Shown here one piece after another: positions 1-13,429 of a DNA stretch of 64,000 nt. Numbering within the stretch: the first letter of the stretch is position 1; every line of letters begins with the position of its first letter. Below the pieces are notes generated by a model that did no database searches, had not been told where the DNA came from, and saw only the letters and a list, made by a program, of their open reading frames with translations. Position numbers and translations under genes: made by a program. This stretch comes from Eledone cirrhosa (Eukaryota), in assembly GCA_964016885.1 (NCBI GenBank), contig OZ024740.1, positions 438,650,001 to 438,714,000 on the forward strand. Reading direction: 5' to 3'.

Positions 1-160
1 TATGTTTGGGTATTTATATCTGAATATAAAAATACATATATGCGCATGCAAATATGAATGTAAGATTGTGTGTGTATATATGAGTGTGCGTATGTATGTA
101 TATATGTGTATATATGCATGTGTATATGTATGTGTATGTGAATGTGTGTATGTGTATGTG

Positions 161-195
<35 letters not shown>

Positions 196-451
196 GTGTA
201 TATATATATATATGTATATATATATATGTATGTATATATATATGTGTGTGTATGTATGTGTGTGTATGTGTGTTGTATATATATGTATGTCTCTCTATTT
301 ATATGTCTATCTTCGTATCTATGTGGATATATGTGTGTGTGTGCATGTATACACATATATGTGTTTATGTGTATATGTGTGTATGTGTGTATATATGCGT
401 GTGTGCACACACATATATATGTGAGTGTGTATATGTGTCTGTGTATATGTA

Positions 452-488
<37 letters not shown>

Positions 489-547
489 GTGTCTATGTGT
501 GAATATATGTCTATATTCGTATGTGTGTATATATGTATGTATATGTT

Positions 548-582
<35 letters not shown>

Positions 583-836
583 ATATATATGTATATATAT
601 ATATATTATTTATTATTATAATATAACTTATGTGTATGCGTGTATATGTGAGGGTGTGTATGTGTATATAATATGTGTATATATAAGTGTAAAAAAAATA
701 TATATATATGTGCATGTCTGTTTTTTATGTGTGTGTATATATATATATATACGTGTGTATATATATGTATATGTGGGTGTTTGTATGTGTATTTATGGTG
801 GTATGTGTGTGTGGGTATGTATATATATATGTGAAT

Positions 837-890
<54 letters not shown>

Positions 891-1246
891 ATATATATCT
901 CTATTAATGCGTGTATATATGTATATGCATATGCCTTTTTATTTTTATTTTTTATTTGTATGTCTGAGTTGGGTGAAGTTGTAGTGGTGTTTCTATGTAT
1001 ATACGCATATATGGATGCGTATGTATTTGTATATATGAGTATATGTAAGTGCATATGTATGTATGATTATATATCTAATTCTATGTATGAATATACATGT
1101 ATATATATGTGTGTATGTAAGTTGTGTGTGTATGTATGTATATGTCTATGTGTCTATATATATATGTATGTATATCTATGTATGTGTATGTATGTACATG
1201 TATGTCTATGTATGTGTGTATGTATGTGTGTGTGTATATATATATG

Positions 1247-1277
<31 letters not shown>

Positions 1278-1324
1278 GTATATATCTTTATTATTTATTT
1301 TTTATATATATGTGTGTGTGTGTA

Positions 1325-1357
<33 letters not shown>

Positions 1358-1526
1358 CTTTATATATGTGTATGTGTATGTTCGTGTAGGTGTATGTGTG
1401 TGTATGACTTTATATGTATGTGTGTATGTGTGTATGCGTATATATTTCTATGTGTGTGCACATGTATGTATGTGTGTGTATGTGTATGTGTGTGTATGTG
1501 TATATGTATGTATATATATATATATA

Positions 1527-1557
<31 letters not shown>

Positions 1558-1899
1558 GTGTGTATAACAATTTATATATATATCTATATGTTTTTCTATT
1601 TGTATATGTATGTGTGTATAGGTATATACCTTTCTCTTTGTATGTCTAAGTTGTGTGATAGTGTAGTGGTGTTTGTATGTATATACCGATATATAGATGC
1701 GTAAGTATTTGTCTGTATGTATGTATGTAAGTCTGTATATATTTGTGTGTATATATAGCTATGTATGTGTATATCTGTATGTATATTAGTATGTAAGTGT
1801 TGTATATGTGCATGTATGTGTGTGGTTATATATATGTGTGTCTATATAGTATGTGTGATTATATATATATGTATGTGTATATGTATGTGTATATACATG

Positions 1900-1946
<47 letters not shown>

Positions 1947-2190
1947 ATTTGTATGTATATGTGTATATGTATGTATGTGTGTATATGTATATGTTTATAT
2001 ATGTGTGTGTATGTATGTTCTTAGTGTGGATGTGTGTATATGTATGTATGTGTTTGTATATGTGTGTATATATATATGTATGTGTGTGTGTGTGTCTATG
2101 TGTATATATGTGTATATATATATGTGTATGTATATATATATATATATATATGTATGTGTATGTATATATATATATATATATATATATTTT
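1..2190. repeat. Degenerate (TA)n/(TG)n microsatellite field
   Basis: Alternating purine-pyrimidine tracts. The YI/VC-repeat ORFs are artefacts. A diverged internal duplication is visible (about 958-1030 versus 1640-1712). Confidence 0.95.
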
Positions 2191-2599
2191 CTTGATATAT
2201 TTCTTTTTTCTTTTTTCTTTTTTTTCTTTCTATTCCTTCCTCTTTAATGTTTATTTATTATTTATTATTTTTTATTTTCTTAGTTTATAGATACATCTAT
2301 ATTAGGCAGTCTGCTCAGACCGTTGAATACTGACCTCTCCCCCCCCTCCCACCTAATTTCTGTATCTTGATCTAAATGTGTGTGCCAGTGTTTATGTGAG
2401 TGAATTAATATCCATGTGCTTATGATTTTATATCCACATATATAAATGTGAGTGGGGGTGTGTGTGTGTTTGTATGTTCGTGGTTATGTGTATATTTATG
2501 CATATACGCGCGTGTATGTGTGATTGTACGGATATGAGTGAGTATGAAAAAATATATTTATATACTTAATTTCATATCTGTGTGTCTATACGCATCTTA

Positions 2600-3177
2600 T
2601 CTGTGCATTATAAACTTACAGAGACATTAACCTTGAAATTTTGTATTTGCATCCATCCTTTTAGTATGCGTATACAAATTATACATACATTTTTGTAAAA
2701 TATGTGTAAGGGTTTTACATGTATATACACACACCGAACTGCATTTAACCCTTTGTGTTTTCATTGGTCAATTTTGTTCCCAAACGGACCTGAAATTTTG
2801 AATTGTTGTTATTATCAATAAATATACTTCATTATTTCTGAAGACGGCGTATATATGTGTTGGTATGTATATTTAATCTTGATAGTTTGTATAATTTTGT
2901 ATAATTTTGTACATAGATCTGTTGAATATGCATGCCAATTCTAACACATATATATCCTAGAAACGATCGTTAAATAATGAACTTTTTTTGTTTAATATAA
3001 GGAACAGTCTCATTGTTTATTCATTATTTGTTTAATATTTTATCTTGACTCTGTATACCGTTTATCTTTCACCGAAAGTGATTTTTCATTACATCTCTTC
3101 TTTCCATGATATCCGGAATACATTGAGTTCTTCATACGGATTGGACACTACCGTAAACTCTTGGTAGATTTATCTAC

Positions 3178-3180
<3 letters not shown>
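2600..3180 (+). mobile_element. Penelope-like element 3' terminal (pLTR-type) segment, family A
   Basis: Contains a type I HHR and ends in GTAGATTTATCTAC directly abutting (TA)n. A near-identical inverted copy lies at 12860-13204. The left boundary is uncertain. Confidence 0.7.
2828..2981 (+). ncRNA. Type I hammerhead ribozyme with long stem II
   Basis: Stem I TTCATTATTT/AAATAATGAA (10 bp). Core CTGAAGA at 2838-2844. Stem II includes TATATATGTGTT/AACACATATATA, but its base is imperfect. GAAA at 2960-2963, palindromic stem III ACGATCGT, predicted cleavage GUU^ at 2971. Confidence 0.8.
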
Positions 3181-3690
<510 letters not shown>

Positions 3691-3870
3691 ATGAAAAGCA
3701 GAAGAACTGCGAAACCGATAGAAAGGGTAAGGAACCAAATAAATATATATATTTAAAAAAAAAATAAGACTCCATTTGCATTTTCGATTTCATTTCTTTT
3801 TCTTTATACCTTCACTCGTGTAGGACACCTCGGTTATTTTTCATTTTGTAAAAAAAACTCACTTTCTAAT
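3691..3870 (+). mobile_element. Short PLE 3'-terminal fragment with a degenerate HHR
   Basis: ATGAAAA-GCAG aagaa CTGC-GAAA-CCGA-TA at 3691-3720 resembles a minimal HHR that has lost the 5' arm of stem I. It is followed by GGTAAGG and a T-rich tail, and is flanked by (TA)n. Confidence 0.45.
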
Positions 3871-4005
3871 ATATATATATATATATATACACATACATAT
3901 ATATATATATACAGATATATATATAGAGATATATATATATATTACCTAATTAAGTTAGGATATATAACGCTGTTAGAAATGTGTCCTCTTGACATATACA
4001 TATAC

Positions 4006-4077
<72 letters not shown>

Positions 4078-4078
4078 A

Positions 4079-4822
4079 ACAACGAACCACAGTAAGATCA
4101 CCAAGACACAGCACCTCGACACAGACGCACCTACACCTGACAATAACTATATCGGCCTTAACAACTCCCTGACAGCATCCAATAGTGTTGGCAACGGCAT
4201 CCGCAGACGCAACCAGAATGACCGCGAAATGACTGGGGAACATGCAGAACATGACGTGCGGAATAACAATCGCACCATCCCGCGTGCTGTGGGTTGTAAT
4301 TGTGCTAACGACAGCTGCGGTAGCGTAGGTAACAACGTAGGCAGCAACAATGATAGCCTTACCGTGGGAAATAGACGGAACCGCGACAGAAATTGCAACT
4401 GCCGCGACAGAGGACGCTGCCCCCTTAGAGGATACTGCTTGACTGATAGGGTTATATATAGATGCACTATTACTAGCCACAATAGCGTTAAACATTTTAT
4501 AGGGGCCACCTCCGGCCCGTTCAAAATTAGGTTTCGAACACATCTCCACTCTTTCACAAATAGAAAACTAAGGCACTCCACTTCGCTCGCGGACTACATC
4601 ACATCACTAAAGGACTTAAACATCAGCTTCTCCACGCACTGGGAGATTGTCGGCAGGGCTGTACCGTACAACTTCAAGAGGAAATGCGATCTTTGCCTCA
4701 TGGAGCTCTACCACATCATAACTGCACCCCACGAGCTCATCAACAGCAGAGCTGAAATAGCGATAAGTTGCACACATCGCTTAAAAATATCCTTCTTTAG
4801 ATGGGTTAAGAATGAAGAGTGA
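4079..4822 (+). pseudogene. PLE C-terminal GIY-YIG endonuclease fragment
   Basis: Motifs NHSKI...CNCRDRGRCPLRGYCLTDRVIYRC...HFIGATSGPFKIRFRTH...CDLCLME...LINSRAE..CTH, typical of PLE endonucleases. The frame is open upstream of the listed ATG at 4229. No RT is present. Confidence 0.9.
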
Positions 4823-5109
4823 AATAGTACACTGGATCTCCCTGCAACAAGTCTTAACACCCCGGCGGGCAGGCGCAGCAAAATAACACCCAGAAAACAA
4901 TCCTTGCATACCAGACCCAGCCTGGGACAAACGGATGCGGCAAAAAAAAAAAAAAATTATCCGGGAAAGACTGCCCTAACACCGGCCAGAGTTACCTCCC
5001 TTGACCTGCTGCAAAATCAAAACAAGATATTTTTGCTAGCAATGAATCTTGATGTAGATTTAACCCCAAAAACTCTTTCCGAACTATATAAGGAACACTT
5101 GTGATTATT

Positions 5110-5154
5110 TATGCCCTTGAGAAGCCCAACTGGGCGAAACGTACGTAGGTGATA
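5110..5154 (+). ncRNA. Minimal type I hammerhead ribozyme, U3-A8 core variant
   Basis: Core TTGAGAA at 5117-5123, stem II GCCC-AACT-GGGC, GAAA at 5136-5139, palindromic ACGTACGT, cleavage GUA^ at 5147. Stem I is imperfect (CC/GG plus TAT/ATA). Confidence 0.7.
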
Positions 5155-5368
5155 TTTAAAATAAACATGTTTTAACGGTCTATTCTCCGATTTTTTACTT
5201 CCCCACGTGCTTACGCTCTGCTAACTCTCTAGCCCACCAAATATTAACACTTCGAATATTTAATACTGCCGGCACTAGTATCGAGCACCTTTGGCATACG
5301 CTACTTGGCAAATAACTATATGTATCACCTATACCTCCTTTTTCTCTCTTTCTCGATACGTAAATACT

Positions 5369-6378
<1,010 letters not shown>

Positions 6379-6379
6379 T

Positions 6380-6623
6380 TATAAATACCCCCTCCGCCTC
6401 CGTGGTATTTTCTTCGGGGTTATAAGAGGCTTAGCTCTGTTTCTCGACCGTTATATCGCGTGACTATCTCCCCCTCCGCCTTTTGGGATTCTTTCTCACG
6501 TCGTGTAGACGCGTTCTTGAGGCTAGTAAAATGAGGTATCCTCTTGATAAGTCGGCAGACCTCGCAAGGACTCTATATCTTTATGATGTATTGTTTTTGT
6601 TTATGCCACGAAACTACGTTGTC
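6380..6623 (+). repeat. Inverted duplicate of about 5990-6230
   Basis: Near-perfect reverse complement of part of the HHR unit, ending at the ribozyme stem III/cleavage site. Confidence 0.9.
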
Positions 6624-8385
6624 TATAATTAGTGCTTCCTTAATTCAAAGATTGCCGAGGTTTCTTTCCTTAGTTTCTATCCTAACTGTTATGGTTTTGT
6701 CGGTGTGTTTGCATTTAACTAGGTGTTTCTTAAATGAGGAAGCGTTAGTATTGAGGTGTTCTTTTATTCTTATGTGAAGTGGTCTGGTGGTGCTACCTAC
6801 GTAAAAGTTGCTGCATAAAAGTCTGTATACGACGTAATCCTGGTGGCATAGGTCTGTGTCGTTGATGGGGCAGTTGGCTAGCCTGCAGCGGTTGTCATGT
6901 CTGGTGGAGTGTCTTTTGGTTAGCTGTCCGCATAGAGAAGGACCTGAGTGGGCCAGTTGGATATCTAGTCCCTCTCGTTTGATAGCTCTGCGGATGGCTG
7001 TTGTTGTTTCGTCACTGAAGTGTGGGAGCTTCAGAAAGCAAGTGTTAGTGCCTCGGGTGTGGTGTCCTCTGTTCTTTCTGGCACGGTTTGTGGTAGATGT
7101 CGTGTATCCGTTCAGTTTGAGTACTTCCAGGAAATGTGTGGTGTGTGTTTCTCGGTCTCTACTGTCGGTGCATTTGTTCCGGATACGTGTTAGTTCGTTC
7201 CTTATGTATCCGAACTTAGCGCCGGCTGGGAGGGCCGATCTGAAATGTACGAACAGGTCCCTGCTGGCGGCTTTTTTTATAGAAGCAGGTGTGGATGTTG
7301 CCTTCCTCTGTTACCCTGAGTTGGAAGTCCAGTAGGGATAGGGATCCGCGGTCATCGGCGTGTTTATACTGGCGTCCATGCTGGAGAATGTTGTGTATAT
7401 TTTATCCGCCTCCTCACGGAATGATGTAAGGATGAGTATGTCATCTACATATCGGGTGAAGAAGGTATGGGAATGGCAGGTGTTGAGGGCTCGGCATTCT
7501 AGCTGGTTCATATAGGTGATGGCCAACAGGCCCGATAGGCTGGATCCCATGGTTAATCCTGTTGTCTGTCTGTATGTTTGGTGGTGGAAGGTGAAGTACG
7601 TGTTGTCAACTGTGAAGGACAAAAGCTGGTGTATGTCCGTTGGATGGAGGCCGTAGCAGTGGATGTCCTCTGTGACCACGCAGACCGTCAATAAATCGAC
7701 AGCTGGATGAGCGGAGACTGTAGTGTAGAGGGAGACAACGTCGAGGCTAAAGGCATATCTATTTAGTTTAAGTTGTTCTGGCTGGAGTTGGTGTAGTCTA
7801 CGTATGACTTCGTCGGAGCTACTGACATGCCCGGGAAAGGTGGAGATTAGAGGCTTGAGGACCTGGGAGAGGAGCCAGGAAATTTTGTATAGGGGTCCTT
7901 CTATGCTAGAGACGATGGGTCTTATTTGTGTCTTAGTACTATTCTTAGTACAAAGACCAGTTCTAACACGAGAGAACATCTATCCCCCACATATACGTAT
8001 AGACATATCTTCTCACACTCACACACACACACCCACATACTTACACATGCACGCATTCTCCCACACACTTAAACAGGCATGTACAAAAACAACAACCCCT
8101 TTTAAAGGGAGACTACTCTTTATCCACCTAACCTTACCTCTTTGACATTAGAGATAGAACAGATACTCTATACCATTTCCTGTCAGCATGACTTGGCAAG
8201 CTATTTAGAACACTGGTTTAACCGCTTTACTTCCCTCCGAAGAAGAGATATTATCTCGAAAATTAAGGACATTTAAATAAATCTAAGGTAAAAGACTAAT
8301 TGTCAACAATATCTTTTGCATTTGCATTCTTTATTCTATGTCCATACCTGCATTGTTTTGGCTTTACTATACATATACAAACGTT

Positions 8386-8390
<5 letters not shown>
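6620..8390 (-). mobile_element. Penelope-like element family B, copy 1 (RT plus GIY-YIG, decayed) with inverted terminal segment
   Basis: Minus-strand 6620-7945 encodes RPIVSS..SLDVVSLYT..GLTMGSSLS..RYVDD, thumb and YVG endonuclease, with small deletions. 7950-8390 is the 3' UTR/pLTR in opposite (+) orientation, homologous to 16108-16560. Confidence 0.92.
8234..8268 (+). ncRNA. Minimal type I hammerhead-like motif (family B)
   Basis: CCT-CCGAAGA-A-GAGAT att ATCTC-GAA-AATT-A^AGG. U4C core variant with a loopless palindromic stem III. Identical to 16227-16261. Confidence 0.65.
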
Positions 8391-8419
<29 letters not shown>

Positions 8420-8420
8420 G

Positions 8421-8795
<375 letters not shown>

Positions 8796-8796
8796 T

Positions 8797-8856
<60 letters not shown>

Positions 8857-8862
<6 letters not shown>

Positions 8863-9312
8863 ATACTTTGGGAGGGTCATGTTGCCAATAAGAAACACAC
8901 GCACCAGTTGCTTTCACTTCAATTTAATTTAATATATATTTATAAATTTACAAATTTATAAATTTCTGGTTGGTTGGTTGGTTCCACAACCAGATAGTTG
9001 TTTATATACATATAGTCATAGTTCTTTCGTCACACACTCTGTGACCTCTTCAGTGACTGGGGATTTCTTTCTTCGTTTCTGTGCCTTTCCTTTCTTCTAT
9101 CCTACGCCATTTTGTTTGTGTGTGGGTTGCGTGCTCAGTTTGTGGAACCAACCAACCAACCAGAAATTTATAAATATATATTAAATTAAATTGAAGTGAA
9201 AGCAACTGGTGCGTGTGTTTCTTATTGGCAACATGACCCTCCCAAAGTATAACAATATCGGTTTCAACACACGATTTCAGATAAAGAATCTTGCTAAACA
9301 AATTCAGAAACG

Positions 9313-9315
<3 letters not shown>
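8857..9315 (-). mobile_element. Fold-back non-autonomous element with internal HHR (family C)
   Basis: Inverted arms at about 8857-8989 and 9138-9257 plus a tail of about 57 bp. TA flanks on both sides. A second, internally shorter copy with the same two termini lies at 18812-18970. Confidence 0.8.
9014..9058 (-). ncRNA. Minimal type I hammerhead ribozyme
   Basis: Minus strand reads AGTCA-CTGAAGA-G-GTCACA gagtg TGTGAC-GAAA-GAAC-TA^-TGACT. Canonical core, 5-bp stem I, 6-bp stem II, CUA site. Confidence 0.85.
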
Positions 9316-9364
<49 letters not shown>

Positions 9365-9368
<4 letters not shown>

Positions 9369-9975
9369 GAATAATCGAGTACCGGAAAATCAGCTCACGA
9401 ATTAACGATAAACAATATCCGATATGAGTGGCAGAGGGCTCAATAATTTGGATAAATCAGAGCTATAACTATCGTTAAAATACCAACACATAGAGATTAT
9501 GCCTAAAATCACCCGTGCAGCCGAAAAAGAACGACCAGGAAGATTCGGGTCACTCAAATAAAATATCAATAAATCAATAATTTAAATGAATGTAAAAAAC
9601 TTACCCGGACCCGCTAGAAGGGTGTTAAATCTAGCTTCTTGGGTTTCTGCAATTCCTTAATCCGTTCACTATCAGCCCACATAAAAATATATAAGACCTC
9701 TAGAGAAGGACTGGACCGGAAGAGCTTTATCAACGGGTTCCGTCTGATAATAAAGAAGTGACCTTTAGCCAGACACGCACATGGTGCCCAGCAAGGGAGA
9801 TAACCTCTATATTAGCGAAAAAAATTTCGGTAATGTGGAAATCAAGTAGGGATACAAAATATCACATATCGAATCAGAGTGCTCAATAGACATGTTAAAA
9901 TAAACAGGAGCTATTCATCAGTCAATAGAATCGACAAAAAATGATCAATAAAATTAACTGGTCGATAACTAGGTC
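9365..9975 (-). mobile_element. Unclassified non-coding insert in (TA)n, possibly a PLE terminal region
   Basis: Unique sequence flanked by TA repeats. The minus strand has TTGATAA plus an AGCTC/GGGCT stem, then a GGTAAGT donor-like site and a T-rich tract. Confidence 0.35.
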
Positions 9976-10091
9976 TATATATATATATATATATTTATAA
10001 TTTCAAACTCGCTCGCTGTTTCGAAAATATTCTTACTTGACATTACAGTTGCTAAGATTATAGCTTCTAATTTGAATGGAAGAAGACGGGT

Positions 10092-10162
10092 GATGTGTTG
10101 GTGTAATGGAAGCACAGTGGTCTGGATAACCGAAGATGTGGGCTCGACTCCGATGTACGTCA
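10092..10162 (+). pseudogene. tRNA-like sequence (pseudogene or SINE head) inside a TA-flanked insert of about 450 bp
   Basis: A box TGGTGTAATGG and B-box-like GGCTCGACTCC. Foldable acceptor stem GATGTGT/GTACGTC, D arm GTGT/GCAC, anticodon-type loop CTGGATA. Several mispairs. Confidence 0.6.
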
Positions 10163-11069
10163 ACACTCATCTTTTTCTATTTCTCCGAGGATTCTTAACC
10201 CCACTATCAGGTAAATAAATTTCTTTAATTTCTTTAGTCAAACTATTGAAGAATAACATGGTCGGCTGTACAAAAAGGGTTTTATTTCTAGTATTAACAA
10301 TTGTTTCATTGATCAGGGGAGTCTAAATGCCGCTGATCACTCGAAGCTGCGTCACTCGACCTTAAATACAGTTAAAACTATCCACAATACAGAGTACTCA
10401 CAACCTCTAACTGGATTACCTAAAACGATAACTTCTTATCCCATATATATATATATATATATATAAGAAGAAATTAAAAGAAGGTTAAAAAAGTTCCATG
10501 TATTTTATTATGCGCATTTCAAAAACAAATATCATCCAATTATATAGGTGGAACAATGGCAACAAACATGTTGAGGTTTAGTGATTTATTAAATTAAACC
10601 ATTCTTTTACGATGCCTTCAAAAAGTGATATAAACTGTGATAATATCGATATATTGACTAATCGATAGTTGTTATGCAACTCCATATTATTGGCCTCGAC
10701 ACAATACGTCCATTTCACCGTTTATCCCCAGAAACAAATGGTTCATTTTACCCTTCCAAACGATCGAAATGCACTGGACTTCGTCGTTTTTGTTTTCACT
10801 GTACAAACGGTAAATATATATATATATGTATAGTTTGTGTGTAAGTATGTGTGTGACTGTGTGTATGGATATATACGTGTGTGTATGTGTGTTTAGTTAT
10901 TTAACCACATGTTTCTGTTTGGTGAATGTATAGTTATCTCATCTGTATAGCAGGAGATATACATATTTTCAATGATGTCTGTTTAGATTCACTTTCCTAT
11001 TTTATTTACCACCACCAAACATCGAAATCCTGAGAAGATCTTTCACGTAACTCGTTGTTCTATATTACT

Positions 11070-11275
11070 GCTTTTGTGGTTCATTTAGCCCCAGATCAGA
11101 CTTGATCAAGGCAGGTACATGATGAAAGTCTCTCTACTGCAACTATCTTTATCTGTTCAACTTAGTTCACTTAGAATCTCATTATCTGTCGTGTCCATCC
11201 ATTTTTAAGACGGTAGCGTGTGGTGTTTGGGCAGCTATTTCTATTAGATCGCGCCACCACAGCGAAGCTCCCACA
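11070..11275 (+). mobile_element. Old interspersed repeat (SINE-like)
   Basis: TTTAGCCCCAG...AAGACGGTAG...GCTATTTCTA pattern. A diverged homologue lies at about 26615-26815. Confidence 0.45.
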
Positions 11276-12338
11276 AACACAGTCTTTTCAGCTAAGATGT
11301 CTAGACTCGTCCACAAGGCTATTAGGGCTCCCCACCAATACCTATCCACATGATTAGTGAGTATTCTTATACCAAGATATATGTTTATGTTTGACGTTGT
11401 TTAGTCGGCTTCGTGCGAACTTTTGTATGCGTATGTTGGAAAATACATTTACACGTGTTCTACTAGATTTGCCACTGTAAACATCGGGAATCAGACGTAT
11501 TTTATGTTGGCTGTTTTGTATATAAATGTACGTTGTGTCTGTAAGTCAGCGTGTGAGCAAATGTGATTTTCATGGTGTTTCTCCATATCTCGTTGAGTAA
11601 TCTATGTTGTATATATATGATGATATATGTACACGTATATGTCTAATCACAAATCTGTGTACGTCTGGGTGTGTAGTGTCATTAGACTAGATATGTTTTT
11701 GCATCTATTGTCAATTTATTTATGTATTTATTCCTTTACTTATTAATGTATGCATTTATTTATTCATACATTTATTTATATATTTGTTTATTTATTCGAT
11801 GCCATTTTGGCAGTATAGAAACCATCCGTGCTATTTTATTTCAGCCTCACGCTGGTTTGTTCGGCTTCAGACGGATAGCCAGACTCGCTGTTTTTTTCTT
11901 TGTTCTTTGTAGCATTTTTTTTATAGGCGCGGTAAATAGAGGCAGAGATATAAAAAAACAAGAAACAAGAGAAAAAAAAAGCAGTTGTGTTACTCAGTGA
12001 AAAAAAATGTTAGACATCGTCAGCAACAAGAATGTTTTATTTATTGTTGTTATCACCAAACCTATTACTACCGTCTCAGACACACATCACATACAACATC
12101 GACTTCAAGGCTTAGAATAATATTTTACTGCAGAGGCTCGGCAGCACCTATGAGGGCAGCAGTACTGCAGATTTCGAAATATACACAAGACCCCACTCGG
12201 GGCCACAGCACGACCTCAGGATTTCGCCTGAGACACGTACAAGAGTGCACGAGAACATATATATCTATATAAATATATATACACATGTTAAAATACATAC
12301 ATATGTGCTCACATATAGATACACACATACACACACAC

Positions 12339-12341
<3 letters not shown>

Positions 12342-12421
<80 letters not shown>

Positions 12422-12428
12422 CTCTCTA
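12342..12428. repeat. (CT)n microsatellite
   Basis: Read directly from the sequence. Confidence 0.95.
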
Positions 12429-12440
12429 TATATATATGTA

Positions 12441-12817
12441 TATTAATTTTATTAAGGCCAAATAGTGAGTCTTGTTATTCTGGAGTTTTGCCTGTTTAAG
12501 ACAAACAGGCAAAACTCCTGAATAACAAGACTCCCTATTTGGCCTTAATAAAATGAATATTAAAACTCTACTTCGGTATTGGGTACTCCTTTCTCTCAGC
12601 CGTCAACCACATACGAATATATACAATATATTAACAAATGGAAACTATATTTATAAAACCATATTTATTTCATTATACATATGTCAAGGGCCACCAAGGC
12701 AAACTAGGGTGCGCTTTCATCAGATAAAATATAATATAGGTTAGTTTTATAAATAAATATTGACATACCCTGAACAAACATTTTGCTTGTTGTATCCCAA
12801 CAAATTAAATAAAACCT
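12441..12817. repeat. Fold-back insertion in (TA)n (57-bp arms, 5-nt loop, tail of about 260 bp)
   Basis: 12441-12497 is the reverse complement of 12503-12559 with few mismatches. Confidence 0.8.
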
Positions 12818-12823
12818 ATATAT

Positions 12824-12859
<36 letters not shown>

Positions 12860-13393
12860 GTAGATAAATCTACCAAGAGTTTACGGTAGTGTCCAATCCG
12901 TATGAAGAACTCAATGTAGTCCGGATATCATGGAAAGAAGAGATGCAATGAAAAATCACTTTCAGTGAAAGATAAACGGAATACAGAGTCAAGATAAAAT
13001 ATTAAAAAAATAATGAATAAAACAATGAAACAGTTCCTTATATTAAACAAAAAAAGTTCATTATTTAACGATCGTTTCTAGGATATATATGTGTTAGAAT
13101 TGGCATGCATATTCAACAGATCTATGTACAAAATTATACAAAATTATACAAACTATCAAGATTAAATATACATACCAAACACACATATATGCCGTCTTCA
13201 GAAGTGTGTTTGGTATGTATATTTAATCTTGATAGTTTGTATAATTTTGTATAATTTTGTACATAGATCTGTTGAATATGCATGCCAATTCTAACACATA
13301 TATATCCTAGAAACGATCGTTAAATAATGAACTTTTTTTGTTTAATATAAGGAACTGTTTCATTGTTTTATTCATTATTTTTTTAATATTTTA
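12860..13393. mobile_element. Family A PLE terminal fragment in fold-back arrangement
   Basis: 12860-13204 is the reverse complement of about 2836-3180. 13205-13393 repeats about 2856-3043 in + orientation, giving arms of about 190 bp. TA flanks. Confidence 0.9.
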
Positions 13394-13398
13394 TATAT

Positions 13399-13429
<31 letters not shown>

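Larger units (their letters stand above)
4075..5368 (+). mobile_element. 5'-truncated Penelope-like retroelement in (TA)n (GIY-YIG end plus 3' UTR with HHR)
   Basis: Endonuclease ORF followed by a UTR carrying an HHR. TA repeats on both sides. Confidence 0.9.

Noticed and set aside
12130-12250. GC-richer exon-like segment after TTTTACTGCAG
   Set aside because: No convincing donor site or recognisable product.
12660-12730. Minus-strand CTGATGA in the fold-back tail
   Set aside because: No pairing stem II leading to a GAAA/NUH could be found.
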